Part shown: positions 41,022 to 53,716 of the stretch, piece by piece
How the letters are laid out: the number at the start of each line of letters is the position of its first letter
Numbering within the stretch: position 1 is the first letter of the stretch
Source of the DNA: Setoptus koraiensis
Taxonomy: Eukaryota > Animalia > Arthropoda
Length of the DNA: 64,000 bases
Direction: 5' to 3'
NCBI GenBank assembly: GCA_048013815.1
Contig: CM106585.1
Coordinates: 17,546,001 to 17,610,000, forward strand
The notes under the pieces: model-generated
What the model saw: the letters and a program-made list of their open reading frames with translations, nothing else
Database searches by the model: none
Told to the model about the DNA's origin: nothing
Position numbers and translations under genes: made by a program

Positions 41022-43700
41022 GGTGCAAGCATCACCACTAAATGACATGTAGTGGTGGTTGTATTTATAAATTATAAAGCGTCGACGGTGTTCGGAAGGC
41101 GACAGAAGCGACCAAAGGTGGCGGTCCAATACCGAACCAATTGTGCAATCCGATGCGAGGCTTCTCTCTCTCACTCTCTCGCCCTTTCTCTGTCTCGTGG
41201 AACATTCGGCCAACCAATAGAGCCAGTCAGCCAGCAGCAACTGTTTAGCGAGAATCGTGTTTAGCGCCCGTAGGCATCAACAATGACAGCTAAAGTGACG
41301 CTGACAATGATGGAGTTGCTTGGATATATACCGTACCAGTGTGTGCAATGTGTACAACCGACAATTCATCCGACAATATTTTTCTTTTCTTCTTTTTCTC
41401 TATTCGTCGTCAAGTTTACAGTGGATAGTCCATACACTCGAGATCACTCAAATTGACAACAGACTCATACACAACATATACACACACACGGGAGTTTATA
41501 CAGTCAATGCCATCAAACTACACACACGGACTAGCTAACGAACGAACAGCCGTGATCGGATAGGGCGACAGAGGGAGACAGTTGAACATAAGTGTGTTAC
41601 ATCATTGTGTGAGCTGCTTGTGCGTGTGTGTGTGTGTGTTTGTGTGCCATATTACATAACATAATCAGAGGCAGCAGCAGACAGTTCAGCATTCACTCAT
41701 CAGTCATCAGTCATACACCAGTGAGTAGCACAAAGCTGCATAGACAGAGAAGCCTCTAAAGTGAGACGATCATCGTACAATAATAGGCGCCTATTATTTG
41801 TTGCGTAATTGCGCGCGCTTTTGGCGCATTGCTTATCCAATTTGCTTATAAACATCTGTGAGGCATACACACACACACACAATTTTATATGCGCTCTACA
41901 CCTACCTCTTTCAGCCTTCGGTTGGCTCGGTAAAAAAGGCCAGTTGTGTCTTTTATCAAGAGTCTTATGTAACACTTTGTTAGCGGGTCAACCGATCTGT
42001 TTGTTTGCTTGTGGCTCTACAATAGAGCATATGTATAGCAGTTCGTATCTGTGCGAGTGCCAATTACTGAAGAACAAATAGAAGTGAAACCATTGTTCAT
42101 TTGCCGAGACCACTCACCCTTTGCACGCAATGTCGCCTTATGCAATGTCTTGCGTAATGCACACTATTATGCATTATGCAACTGTGTATTTGAAATGACA
42201 GACTAAGAAAATGTAAAAATCCTCGCGCGAGCAGCAATGCGAGCGAACGATAGAGTATTAAAGATCTAACAGCAACAGATGCAACAGATTATCCTTATTA
42301 CGGTTACAATGCTTCTCGTGCCATCGGCATTGTCTTAGTTCCCTTCTACCTGGCATCATCAACATGTTTTCAACAGGAAGAATGATAACTTATAACATTG
42401 GCGACAAACTCGTTGTTGTTGTTGTTGTTGTTGTTGTTGATGATGTTGTTGCTGTTGTCGTATGTGATATGAAGCTTAAGCCGACTGACTCAATCTTTTC
42501 ATTAAACTAGTGTATGTATGCCCAATTTCAATGTCATGGCCACAGCATGCCGATGCTGTTTCATGCTCATTGCATCATAATAATCATCATCATTTACTAA
42601 AGCAACACACATTATTATTAGATGATGATGATGATAATGCAAATAGCAAATAGCAGATAACATATATAGTGTATGTACTCATTAGCGGCATATATAATGT
42701 ATAGCATATATTATTCAGTTATATATATATATATATATTTTCGTGTGTGTATGTATGCGTACAGTATGGAGAGAGATGGCAAGCGATCTATGTATACACG
42801 GGCAGAGAGAGTTAAACAAAAAAATCTTTATCATATGTCATCATGATGGTGATCATTGATCATAGTTTATGTTGATGATAAAGTAACTCGCATATACTGT
42901 TCAGTAATTACATATATTACGCACTTATATCCCCTTCCTATGTATATCTGATTGCATTGTAAGCACATATAGATAGCAGATAGATGGATAGATGGCAACA
43001 ACTGACAGTAAATAGTTATGCTTGTGTCTAACGTATGCCCAGACTGCTGATCATCTGACTGTACTCTAGCTTGAATACTCTCTGTCTCGTCCTAGCTAGC
43101 TAAACACCACTAGCTTGCTAGCTAAAGATAACTTCTAGAGGGCCAACAAGATCTGACATATCTGTTACTCTCCACATAGTTTTAGCATTTGTTTGTCAGT
43201 GTGTTGTCCTTGTTATTATAAGCGCAACATGGATGCAGGATGAGAATCCACAATTGAACATTCAAGAGTGGTAGTAGCAGCTATCTAGCTATATATCTAT
43301 TAAAAACAACAAAACAATTAAACCTACTGTATGCCGCCGACGTTACATCACATAAATACTAGTATAGATAGATTTAAATCCTCTCTCACTCTTTCCTTTT
43401 CCCTGTCTCTCTGTCTATCTACACCAAAATAATAACTTCCAGCGTACTATTAAAATAACAAAGTTATTTGATATGTCATTAATAATCAAATAATCCATCA
43501 TAAATCTTTATATCAACATTGATCAAATAATAAGCCGTTTATGCCCGATCGAATCTGCCAATGCATGTATTTGCAAACTTATTGCTTTCTTCTCTGTAAA
43601 GTGACCTGTTGATGATCCACAGAAAAAGCCAATCTCTTGGCAAATGTCTTTGTCGGCAAATGCATCTTGTCCGCCTGATTTACTAACACAGCTATGATAC
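38060..43700. repeat. Simple-repeat-rich non-coding tract: (AT)n, (AAT)n, (GT/CA)n, (CAA/CAG)n, GCTA-type tetramers
   Basis: Direct reading, e.g. (CA)n at ~40355..40424. ORFs here are repeat artefacts. Confidence 0.8.
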
Positions 43701-43808
43701 GCAATCTATAAAATGATAAATTTTTCTGACATATCCCAATTACATCTCGATTGACTATATATTAGTTTTCAGTTTTATTTTCGCTAGTCGAGATTATATA
43801 GCTTTGAG

Positions 43809-45881
43809 TTATTTCACAGGGAAGTACTGTCCATATAAGGAGAAACGAAGATCCATCTTTTGAACAGGACACCTGAGAATGTTATTTAGCTCAATCAATC
43901 GAGCTGTCTTCTCGGACAGATTAAACTCGGAATTCGTAGAATTCTCTCTCTGAGTTGATTCAGTGACATTGTTGTCTATCTTTTCAACAATCAACTCATC
44001 ACCACTTGATATCAAGGCATCAGAAGTATCATTCGATAAATAACTGTAATTGATCTCACTATTGTTTTTATCATTGATTTCTAGTTCGGCGTCATCAACT
44101 TGATCTGGTTTGCTACAGCAAGTAAATAAGCCGGGATCTATGAGATGAGCCTCCGTGGTAAAAACATAACCACCGGCGTCCGCGATACAATTTTTCCCAG
44201 TGTGAGGATTCTTGAACACTTTACCATGTGACCCTTCGTTCCAGACGAAGTGATTTGTATCCTCAGAAAATAATAAATATAAATATTTTAAAGTTTCTGC
44301 CAAATAGAATGATTCCATCCTATCTTCTATTGTGTGATTAATTATATTACTAATTGTTGCATATCCACAATCGGTACGACTTGAATGTTCAATAGATTCT
44401 ACAAGACCAGCGCCAATTCTAAGTAATTGCGGATCCTTTGTAGCCCTATATAAATAGAATAAACTCTCGGCAAACTCAGGACGTAGTGGATATGCCTCTC
44501 TACCTTCGATGGGTTTCTGAACGGCAATATCGTAAATTTCAGGTAAAAATCCATATTTTTTTAATATATTCTCATAGTTATAAATGGACTTTTGGGCTTG
44601 CTTGATATCGCCAATCATTGTTAGGAGTCCTGGCCAGAATGACTCCAGTGATTGGAAAACAGGCAACGTTACCTGACCTGTGTCCATTCTGACCCAAAGC
44701 CACCAGTCTGCTTTGAGGGTGTACTTAATTAAAGATTTCAAGTAAACTCCAAACCAGGATGCAAGTTGAGCATCGCCGAACATAGCAGCGCCTTTGATTA
44801 GATATTCAAAATAAGAGTCCACACTGGCACCTATGCCTGAATCTATGGCGGTCCAAGTAGAATCTTGAACATTAATGTGGTTGCCAGGCAAATCAATACT
44901 GGACCTGGCTGCGTGCAGAGATTCGATAGCTTTTCGCGCTTTTTGCTCAAAAATTGGATTGCCAGTCAACCGAGACAACGTTCCGAATTCCAGCAAAAAT
45001 GTTCCAATTCCAGCAGTACACGTGACAGGTGTCTCGCCATCGGGTACGCCATGACGAAGATTAACAGTGCCGTAAGGCATTCCAGTGGCGGTTTCAAAGG
45101 CGGGCAATAAACGTCGGGCAACATCCTCGGCCATTCGGAGTAACGGCCCAGAACATGGCCAAGCGTTTTGATTTTTCACTTGTTGACTATCATCGTGCCG
45201 GTGGTCAACATGGTTATTGTTGGGTATATTATTGTTACCATTTGGACTATTAGAAGTAGTTGCAAAGCTTGATTTGTGAGCTAATATATGCGCTGCCAGC
45301 AGACCACCTACAACTCTGATATTTGTTTCGAAAACGGAAACATTTGTGTCAATGTCAAAATTTAAATTTTCTATTAGAAGATTGGCAACCCTGTTGAATT
45401 CTGTATAGTTTCCTAGTACAATCAGTGTGTCAAGTGTGTCTATCAGAGTGAGTTGATATCCTCCCCATGTGTTCATTCCGGCGCAAACAATTGGCTTGAG
45501 TTCGTCAAATTCAGGTGAGGCGTTATTCAAATAACTGTTGTAGCCGTGATAAAACATGGACTCTATTTTATCTCGCATCTGATCGCGTTCCTCTCTACTG
45601 AACGGTGCCAAAATTGGATCATGCCCGTGGCCGGCATGTGTTGATTGCCATAGGATAACAACTATAGATAGTGAGAGTATTACTGTTAAATAGGTGCAAT
45701 TCTTGAGTAGTAGTAATGATTGTTTATTTTTAATAGCAACTCGTTCGGTCTTGACGATTAGGCAGGCGGCGATTGTTTTTGTGGCATCATCATTGTTGCG
45801 ACATTTTCTTTCAATTTTGTCCTTGTTCGTTGCGACACAATGAATCGTTTCAACTGCTGATTGCGGTTGCTGCGTTATCAT
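43809..45881 (-). CDS. EDEM2: ER degradation-enhancing alpha-mannosidase-like protein (GH47), EDEM2-like, intronless
   Basis: LTLIDTLDTL, VSVFETNIRVVGGLL, ETPVTCTAGIGTF, DSYFEYL, YPLRPEFAES, MESFYLAETLKYLYLLF, FTTEAH. First in-frame ATG is at 45881. Confidence 0.9.
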   Translation of the reverse strand: MITQQPQSAVETIHCVATNKDKIERKCRNNDDATKTIAACLIVKTERVAIKNKQSLLLLKNCTYLTVILSLSIVVILWQSTHAGHGHDPILAPFSREERDQMRDKIESMFYHGYNSYLNNASPEFDELKPIVCAGMNTWGGYQLTLIDTLDTLIVLGNYTEFNRVANLLIENLNFDIDTNVSVFETNIRVVGGLLAAHILAHKSSFATTSNSPNGNNNIPNNNHVDHRHDDSQQVKNQNAWPCSGPLLRMAEDVARRLLPAFETATGMPYGTVNLRHGVPDGETPVTCTAGIGTFLLEFGTLSRLTGNPIFEQKARKAIESLHAARSSIDLPGNHINVQDSTWTAIDSGIGASVDSYFEYLIKGAAMFGDAQLASWFGVYLKSLIKYTLKADWWLWVRMDTGQVTLPVFQSLESFWPGLLTMIGDIKQAQKSIYNYENILKKYGFLPEIYDIAVQKPIEGREAYPLRPEFAESLFYLYRATKDPQLLRIGAGLVESIEHSSRTDCGYATISNIINHTIEDRMESFYLAETLKYLYLLFSEDTNHFVWNEGSHGKVFKNPHTGKNCIADAGGYVFTTEAHLIDPGLFTCCSKPDQVDDAELEINDKNNSEINYSYLSNDTSDALISSGDELIVEKIDNNVTESTQRENSTNSEFNLSEKTARLIELNNILRCPVQKMDLRFSLYGQYFPVK

Positions 45882-46839
45882 TGTTTTATTGCTGGAGTGT
45901 GACGATATCACAGTTTGCGAAGACTTGTTCTTGACGCGGGTTACCCCCCAATAGACGGTCGTAATTGATCTCGATCTGGACTGATATGCAGACGTATGGA
46001 TAATTGGCCAATTAGAGATCTATCTAATTAATCAAAATATTTTGTGTATTGATAGTGATCAAATTACTTGTCGGCCTTTCATTTTGTTGTGGTTATTAGT
46101 CGGTGAATGTAGCTGCATTTCCTCAACGCCATCATTTATTATCCCGGCTGAGCTAGAGGAGGCCAATCGATTGACGCATCTTTGATAAATCAAATAAGCG
46201 GAATACTGTGTGAAATAAATAAATAAATGTAGATAATAATTTATGTTTATTTGTTCAGATAGATGATGACATGGTGGACAAAAAAGTTTTTATTGCAACA
46301 ATTGAATCACCTGAAAATAACGTTGCCAGATCAAGAGAGACCACGTAACTTTATAAACAAGTTGCCATTCACATGCGCTCACGATGTGCGCGCAATTCAA
46401 ACTGCTCAGATGCAAGTTGCATGATGCAACTTGCATTACGCAATTACAATAAGGATTTGTTGGATCAAAACTCATGAGTTTAAATGTTACGAGTATCTAT
46501 CGTGAGAGATGTTAGCCATCATATCAATCACTTGTAATCATCAATGGAAATACTGAGAGGTTTGCGCTATGTGGTAATCTAGATTTATATTTTTATCAAC
46601 AACATGTCTTGACCATGGGCAGTATATAATGGCACCATCAATAGATGATACTATGTTATCGAAGCTTATTTTTAATCCATGATGATACGACGATTTCCAT
46701 GTCACTGGCGACTGATTGACAAGATCTCGTTGTCAAGGTGTGGTCAGTGTCAACCAGATTTTGTTCGTCTTCATCTTCATTCGTGACACCAGTCGCGAAC
46801 GATCGAACATACACCCAGCATAGTCATTGTATTCCGTTT

Positions 46840-47362
46840 TATCTTTCGTGCCGGACAGGTATATTATCACTAATGTAACATATTATCATTGCATCCTGCT
46901 GGTTCTGCATCCGAAAGCTTAAGAGCAATAGCTCATCGGAGCATGTAGAAATGCGGTAAAAACTCAATGTACACACCACAGTGTTGGTGATCCCCTTCAT
47001 GAGATAAGCCCATTTTGACAAAAAACAATTCTTGATCAGAGGATCGGCGGTCTGCCTGCTTGTTACCTTCTTTTTGTTTGAGTTCACACTATTGTAAAGT
47101 ATGTTCTAATGTACGCGAATGCACATTTCAGCTGGTATCTGCCCAGTATGATGCTGTAAGTATCGTCCATTAAGAGCTCAGGAAATCCCATCTCACCACC
47201 AACCTCTTCTCCGTTTATAGTAAAGTTTGCTAGCTCCGGGCGATATATCGCGAACAATTTGTTGGAAACTTCCCGTTCAGTCTGTTTGATAAGTGTATCT
47301 TGAGTTCGGATGAAGCAGGATACTACCCCCGGCAAGTTGAACTTGACTAGTTCCCAAGTCAT
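46840..47362 (-). mobile_element. Degenerate DNA-transposon-derived coding relic (DDE_Tnp_4/ISL2EU-associated C-terminal region)
   Basis: FPELLMDDTYSIILGRYQLKCAFAY resembles a recalled FPxLxxxDLxxITLGxYQLKxAxSY motif of invertebrate transposase-associated proteins. Flanking frames are broken by stops; no TIRs found. Confidence 0.4.
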
Positions 47363-48134
47363 TTAGTGTCTCCAGATAAAGTCCGATGACATCCTCTGTC
47401 AAGTTCAACTGACATATGCATGAACTGGAGGAGAACAAACACCAATCACAATTTGTGCCATTGCAGTTTCGCCGGGTTCATATTTGTTTTACTTATCCTT
47501 TATCTATGATGATGTCATCAACGAATGAGCTGCTCAACAATTTGTTATCGACTCGTTTGATTTTGTTTCCCCCAATGCGTTCAGTAATTTTCATGGACAA
47601 CACAGAAGGATATTTTAGTTGAGCTTGAGGTTAAGCTGACAAGCTTACTAACTCTATATAGTCGGGTATTTATTTTATTTAAGTTTAAGTTATTTATTTG
47701 ATTACTTCGAATAGCGGTGATAGTGAACAATTGTTGACTGTTTGTTGTTGACACTTTGAGCGCATTAAATTTTACGATCCATAACAAAGATAGGGAGAGA
47801 GAGGGGGAGAGCCTATTTGAGAGACAGAGATGGCTTTGCTCGGTTATGCACGTTGATCAATCCTTCCGATTTCTATATAATTGTCGTGGGTGGGATTATG
47901 TGTATATATATATTTTTATAATTTAAACAGTATATAATGAAGTAAAATTTATTTCGATCAATAGCAGATGCGTCATCTAATGTGAATTGTTTAACTTGAT
48001 CCATTGGTTTTTTTGTTGACGAAATTATTGTCACGCTAATTGTCGCACTACAATGTACAATAATATCCAAAGTGCCAATCCATCCACTGTAGTATTCGTT
48101 ATTTCACTCGTTGCGTTACAATATTGTGACTGGA

Positions 48135-49537
48135 TCAGAAACAAGATATTGAATTGAAGAAACAATTGTTGAATCTTATTGGCGCATGATTGTCGTAATT
48201 ATCGCCAGCTTGTTTTCTCCGTCTGGCTACCACTAGTGACTGGAGAGCCTGGGCACTGGCATTGGAAAAGCCATTCTTGCTAATCTGACCGGCCAGTTGT
48301 TGTTGTTGTTGTTCCGAATCAGTGAGACTAGAGGCGAGATATTGCTGCGAATCGAACGTTGATTGTGCCGGTTGTTGCTGGCCGCCATTATAAATGGAAT
48401 TGGAATCCATCAATTGATTCTTTTCTCGGTGATACTCTAGCAATTGTTGGCGCAATGACTGCTGCACCTGGTCGTCGTTCATGGCCGAGTCACTGATAGT
48501 TTTGTAATAATTTCTATCATTATATAACTCATTGGAGGCGCTCGCTGGCGCTTGCGAGGTGGTCGTGATGGTCGGTTGCCTGGTAACGACACCGGCAACT
48601 GGCGCCGGCTGTTGTTTGCGAGCCAACACTTGCGACATCTTTCGCCAGATAGTCAACGATCGTTTGGTGCGTCGGAATCGCTTAAAAGCACCCGCATGCT
48701 CTACTGGCTCCATGCTCTGTTTTTTTTTTTTGTAATGATTGCAATCAATATAGAGAGTGATTAGTGATTTAGTAATTAGATTCATTTATCAAGGCTGATT
48801 GAACATCAAGGCTAGTTACAAATGGAGACTGCGCTCACCTGTTGTTCCAGTGACTTTCTGTTTTGGGGCATCTCTTGTTGGTGTAGCTTTTGTTGTAACA
48901 ATTGAGATTGTATATTGGCCAGCAACCAGGCAAGTTTACTGCTGTACCGACGGGGGCCCCGTTGGTCCGCTTGCCGCCAGTAGTCGCTCAGATGGGCGCC
49001 TTCGATTGGCCCGGTGACGACGCCTTGTTCGAATGAGTTGGTGAGGGCTTCTATTGGGGGCGATTCCAGGAATGTTTCCTCATTGATCTTATTGGTAGCC
49101 GCAGTTTGTTCGTTTGTGGGCAATTTCCCCGTGCTGACACTACCCAATAAAGGAGAGGCTGTGCCACTGTGTATTTCTGACACTACAATCTGGCCAGATT
49201 TTTTATGGTGAGCGATGGTGGCCGCTTTGGTGTCCACTTTGCTGACCTGTCCATTGTCTTGCTTGTCGAATGCGATATTAGTGGCTGCCATCAATTGGGC
49301 ATCGGCCACATCGACATTGGCAGTGACATTGTTTTTTTGCGCGCCTATTTGGCGCCTAATTGCCGTATTATCGGCAGCAGCGGCTGTTTGGACCAAAACA
49401 TTATCACTATCCGTTGGTGTCGTGGTGGATCTTGTGTCAGCAATTTTAAACAATTGCGACGAAAACAAAACTATTACTAGTGAACCAACTACAATAGATG
49501 GACCGTTACTTGTTCTCGTTTTTAAAGTGTGTGACAT
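48135..49537 (-). CDS. AstC: Allatostatin C-family neuropeptide precursor, ~426 aa. Exons 49537..48839 and 48716..48135.
   Basis: Hydrophobic N-terminal segment, phase-0 GT-AG intron, basic sites KRFRRTKR and RRRK. Ends in IRFNNCFFNSISCF*, matching the AstC C-x6-C-F terminal loop (QIRYxQCYFNPISCF). Confidence 0.82.
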
Positions 49538-52500
49538 AGTGTTACTTGTGTATTGTGTGTGTCGTCAATTGACTTTCGAACAGTGTATGTCGAAGTGAGT
49601 TATGTTTAATGATGCAACTTTCTAGATCTTTCTCAGTCTATCCGGGTGGCTATATTTGGAGATTGGCTATCGCTAGTGTGACTAGTGTCTTGTGAAACTT
49701 GACAACGAATGAACGATAAATGGCCCTAGCTGATTCTTAAATTACTTTCCAGCAATTAGATTCCTCGGCATATTTTGACACCTCCGATCCGATTGATCTA
49801 GAATATATTTCAGTTCCGATGGGCTGCCTCATATGCCACGGGACATGCGCAATCAGGTGAGTGGTCAGTTGACTGGTCAGTTGACACTTTAAATTGACAC
49901 CACGCAATTGGTTAACTGTTAATTGACTACAGTAAGTGGATTTTGCATGCTACTTTTACAGCTGTTCGTTAATAATTGTTGTTTACACAGCTACACACGC
50001 TGAATCAGTTGGGGCTTAGCTGGCACCTCTGTCAGCACCTATAGTGACCAACAATGGTCAACGCCGGGGGCCCATGTGAGCTAGTTAGAATGGAAACGCG
50101 AGTTGTAATTCGAGCAGGGTCGCCAAACGTTGCTAAGCTGGCCATCTCAAATCGGGTTTACACACTCTTTTACATATACCTGTCGTTGTCAGCAACGACA
50201 GGTGACGTTCGAACAAGGCAAATGCGAGCACGGTATTACTGTAACAGTAACCAAACAACCCATAGAACCAATCATTCATTGGCTAAGACACCAATATTTG
50301 AACTTCAACCGGTACGGTTCAACCTCAGCGACCTCAATCTCTGCAGCGACACACACCCAGTGGATAACGGTGGTTCATCAGTGGATCACATAGTAAAAAG
50401 TTATCACAGCTACAACTAACATTGTGAGTTGATTAATCTCTCTGGCTCTGTTAACGCTGTTCAGTACAAGATGCAACCAGAGACACAGTATACAAACATA
50501 GTGTTTTGTTACCCATTTTACAAGAGTTTATTTTGATGTCACAAGATACCTGCACAACCTTAATTGGCACTAACGCAGCTAGTTACTATATTTAATCGAT
50601 TTGCATACATTCAAATCTCAACTTGCAATAACTAATTTGTATTTGTAATTTTAGACAGTCAACTGACACTCGGCTGTCCAAAAAAGTCCTGCTCGACCTC
50701 TCTGTCTGGCCGCAAGAGCCCACCGAGACACAAGAAGCGCACCGCTATTTTTACATTGTACTCCATGTCGACACCGTTATGCAACATAATACAACGTTAC
50801 GTGCACCTTGTACATGTTATGTAACATTTACATAACAATTTGTTGTACGCAAGATGCACAGCGGGGCACCCGATGCCGAAATTGCAGATTGGGTGCGTTT
50901 GAAGCATCGAATAACGACACCATTTGACATATGAAACACATTCGCACTGATTGATGTCAATCAGTGCGTGTTTGAGCGTATCAAAAACACAACAAGAAAA
51001 TCATAACAATCTCACAAATAATGAATAATTCTCTTCACTCTATTGCAGTGGCACCTATAGAGCAGATAACATTGAGTAAAACTTGTACAGTAACGTGGTA
51101 CTGTGGTACCGTGGTATCGTGGTAGAAGTGACAATGACGAGATAGATACAGTGTTCGAGTGCGTGGGAGGCCAACCATGGTTGTCAACACTCCTTTAAAA
51201 TAATTCTTTATTAATTGAGTTTATTGTAAGTGTGCGAGTGATTAATAGAATAATAATCGATTTACCTGACTTGACATACCGTTGAGTGGGTGCTGCGAGC
51301 TTACCATGAGTAAACATGGAGAGTGTAATTAGAAGTCCTAAGTAGTAGCTTACAGCTTATTAGTTTGTATTTGTGTGTGTGTGTGTGTGTGTGTTGTTGT
51401 TGTTGTCTCTCGTTGCACTCATTAGTGTTAGATAACTTGCCTCAACTTGTCAACATGATTAGGTAATATTCCTCTCGTCGTTGTCGTGTCCGATTAAAAC
51501 CATTCTTTTGATCGATTCCATCTGATGCTAACTGCTTTTGGGCTGTTACACACTATTCCAACTTGACGAGTCATGACTCGCGATTTAGTTACCTTGAACG
51601 CGACAATTGTTCCAGTTGTTGTTGTTGCCGCCATTGCTGCTAACAACAAGCGCGCTAATAATGGCGACTATATAATCTTCATCATCATCGTTACATCCGT
51701 CTTGGTTGGCCAATTGACACGCCAGTGATAGCAATAATATAATGATATGGCAACAATCAAAGGCAATCATAGGCGATAGCAAACGAATTGTGTCAGCTAT
51801 TAGCTATTATGAGACATGGTATGGATATGATATGATCACTTGAATTGAACTTAACTACTACTGGCTTCAACTGCTCAAACAGGATCTTCCGTCTCGCGAA
51901 ACTAGTGTCAAAATGGAATGTCTCACTGTTGACGCAATGAAATAAATCTCAAATTAATTGTAACTAACAATACAAGTGTTGCTAATAGTTATCAACTGTC
52001 GCGAGATATGGCTAGCAATGCTTTGATTTTATTATTATTTATACGATCGATAAAAGCACACACTATTGAGAAAATATACAGATAAGATCAGCCTATATAC
52101 ATATTTATATTTGGTTGATATATCTCATGCATGTGTGGTATAAACACACACATGTATTCTCAATGTATTCTGGTATTGTCGCTATCTATGCTGATTATCT
52201 CTATCTGTCTCATAATAGTAGTGTGACTTGACTTCATATGTGTCAATCAAGTATCATGGCTCAATTGATGTCGTCAAGATTTTGCTTTTATCACATTATA
52301 AAATGTGTTTAGCTGTGAGTCGCAGTTGTGTTTTTGGCTTAAGAATCACATCACACATTAGATACGCACTAATAGTGACCTGTCCCTCGCGGGGCCCTCT
52401 GTTTCGCTCATTAGATATCACCTAATGAGAGACAATTCGTGCGTTAATTGTCGTCAGCATAAACATCGATGACTTTGTTGTTTTTACGGCTTTGTTGTCG

Positions 52501-53716
52501 GTGATGTTGTTTAGCCACAAACCTTGAGCGCACCAATCAAAAAGATTAATGCTATAGATGGAGCGGGCTTTGGATGGATGCTCTACATGCTAGTCTCTTA
52601 AGCATAATAGATATTCACTATATACAGATATAGTGGTCGTAAATTAATAATAATAGTGTATAATATATACACAAGCACTATGTGTATCATCATTAGTATA
52701 TCACCATGATTCTAATTGTATACAAAGCTTACACGATACGCGTTGTTTTGTCACTGCAACAATCATCTAATGAGATATCTGTTACTCTCTCGCAACCAAC
52801 CAACAGCAACCAAACACTACAAACAATTATTGTATGTTTATTTTGATATTTTTTCTTTTTGTCTCTGTACCTGTCTATTGCATGGTATCTATTGCGTAGC
52901 CGCACCAATGATCATTCATTAGAAGCAAAGTGAAGTGAGATATTGATTAACTCTTTGATTATATTTAACGTTTGCTTATATAAATCAATCAGGGTGCGAG
53001 TGAGTGTGAGTGTATTGATTGCTAATCATCATTTCCATAACTGTTGCATTATTAGAAAGCTATTCCATATTTGTAGTTAGTGGCAATCCAATGTAGGTGA
53101 TGATGGTATGATATAATGTGTGTGTGTATATATATAAATATATATAAATATATTTATATATATATATAAATATAATAATGTAGTTGTCGCCATCGTCGCC
53201 GTCCAACAGTCATCATAAATATTTACCTCTATGCCTTGTCGTCGTCGTCAATAAAACAAGTGTTGACGATTGAAACATGTTGCTAATGCATTGATTCGTT
53301 AACCTAATGCCACCATAACTCAGTATACACACAAATGCCTACTTTGGTCACTTAAATTACAACAATCGAACAATTAAGAGAGATAACGAAATAAATATAA
53401 CAATTAGTAATAGCATACAATACCATATAAACAACATAAACAATATAGGAAGGGTACATGTTGAGCGGTTGCTATATCCAATCGGCAGGCAGGTTGTCTC
53501 TACTTGAGACTACTAGCTACAGTTGTTCTTTCGAGCTAATTAATTAAGTTAATTACTATCTCATGGATAGATAGATGATAGTTGGCAATTACTATTAATT
53601 CTTAGATTTGCTCAGAGAAACGACGAATCAACCTTTGAATTTCTGAAACATTCAGATGATTTAATGCAAGAAACAACAAATAGCAAAGTAAAAACATTAT
53701 TCTAGTACCTTGTACA

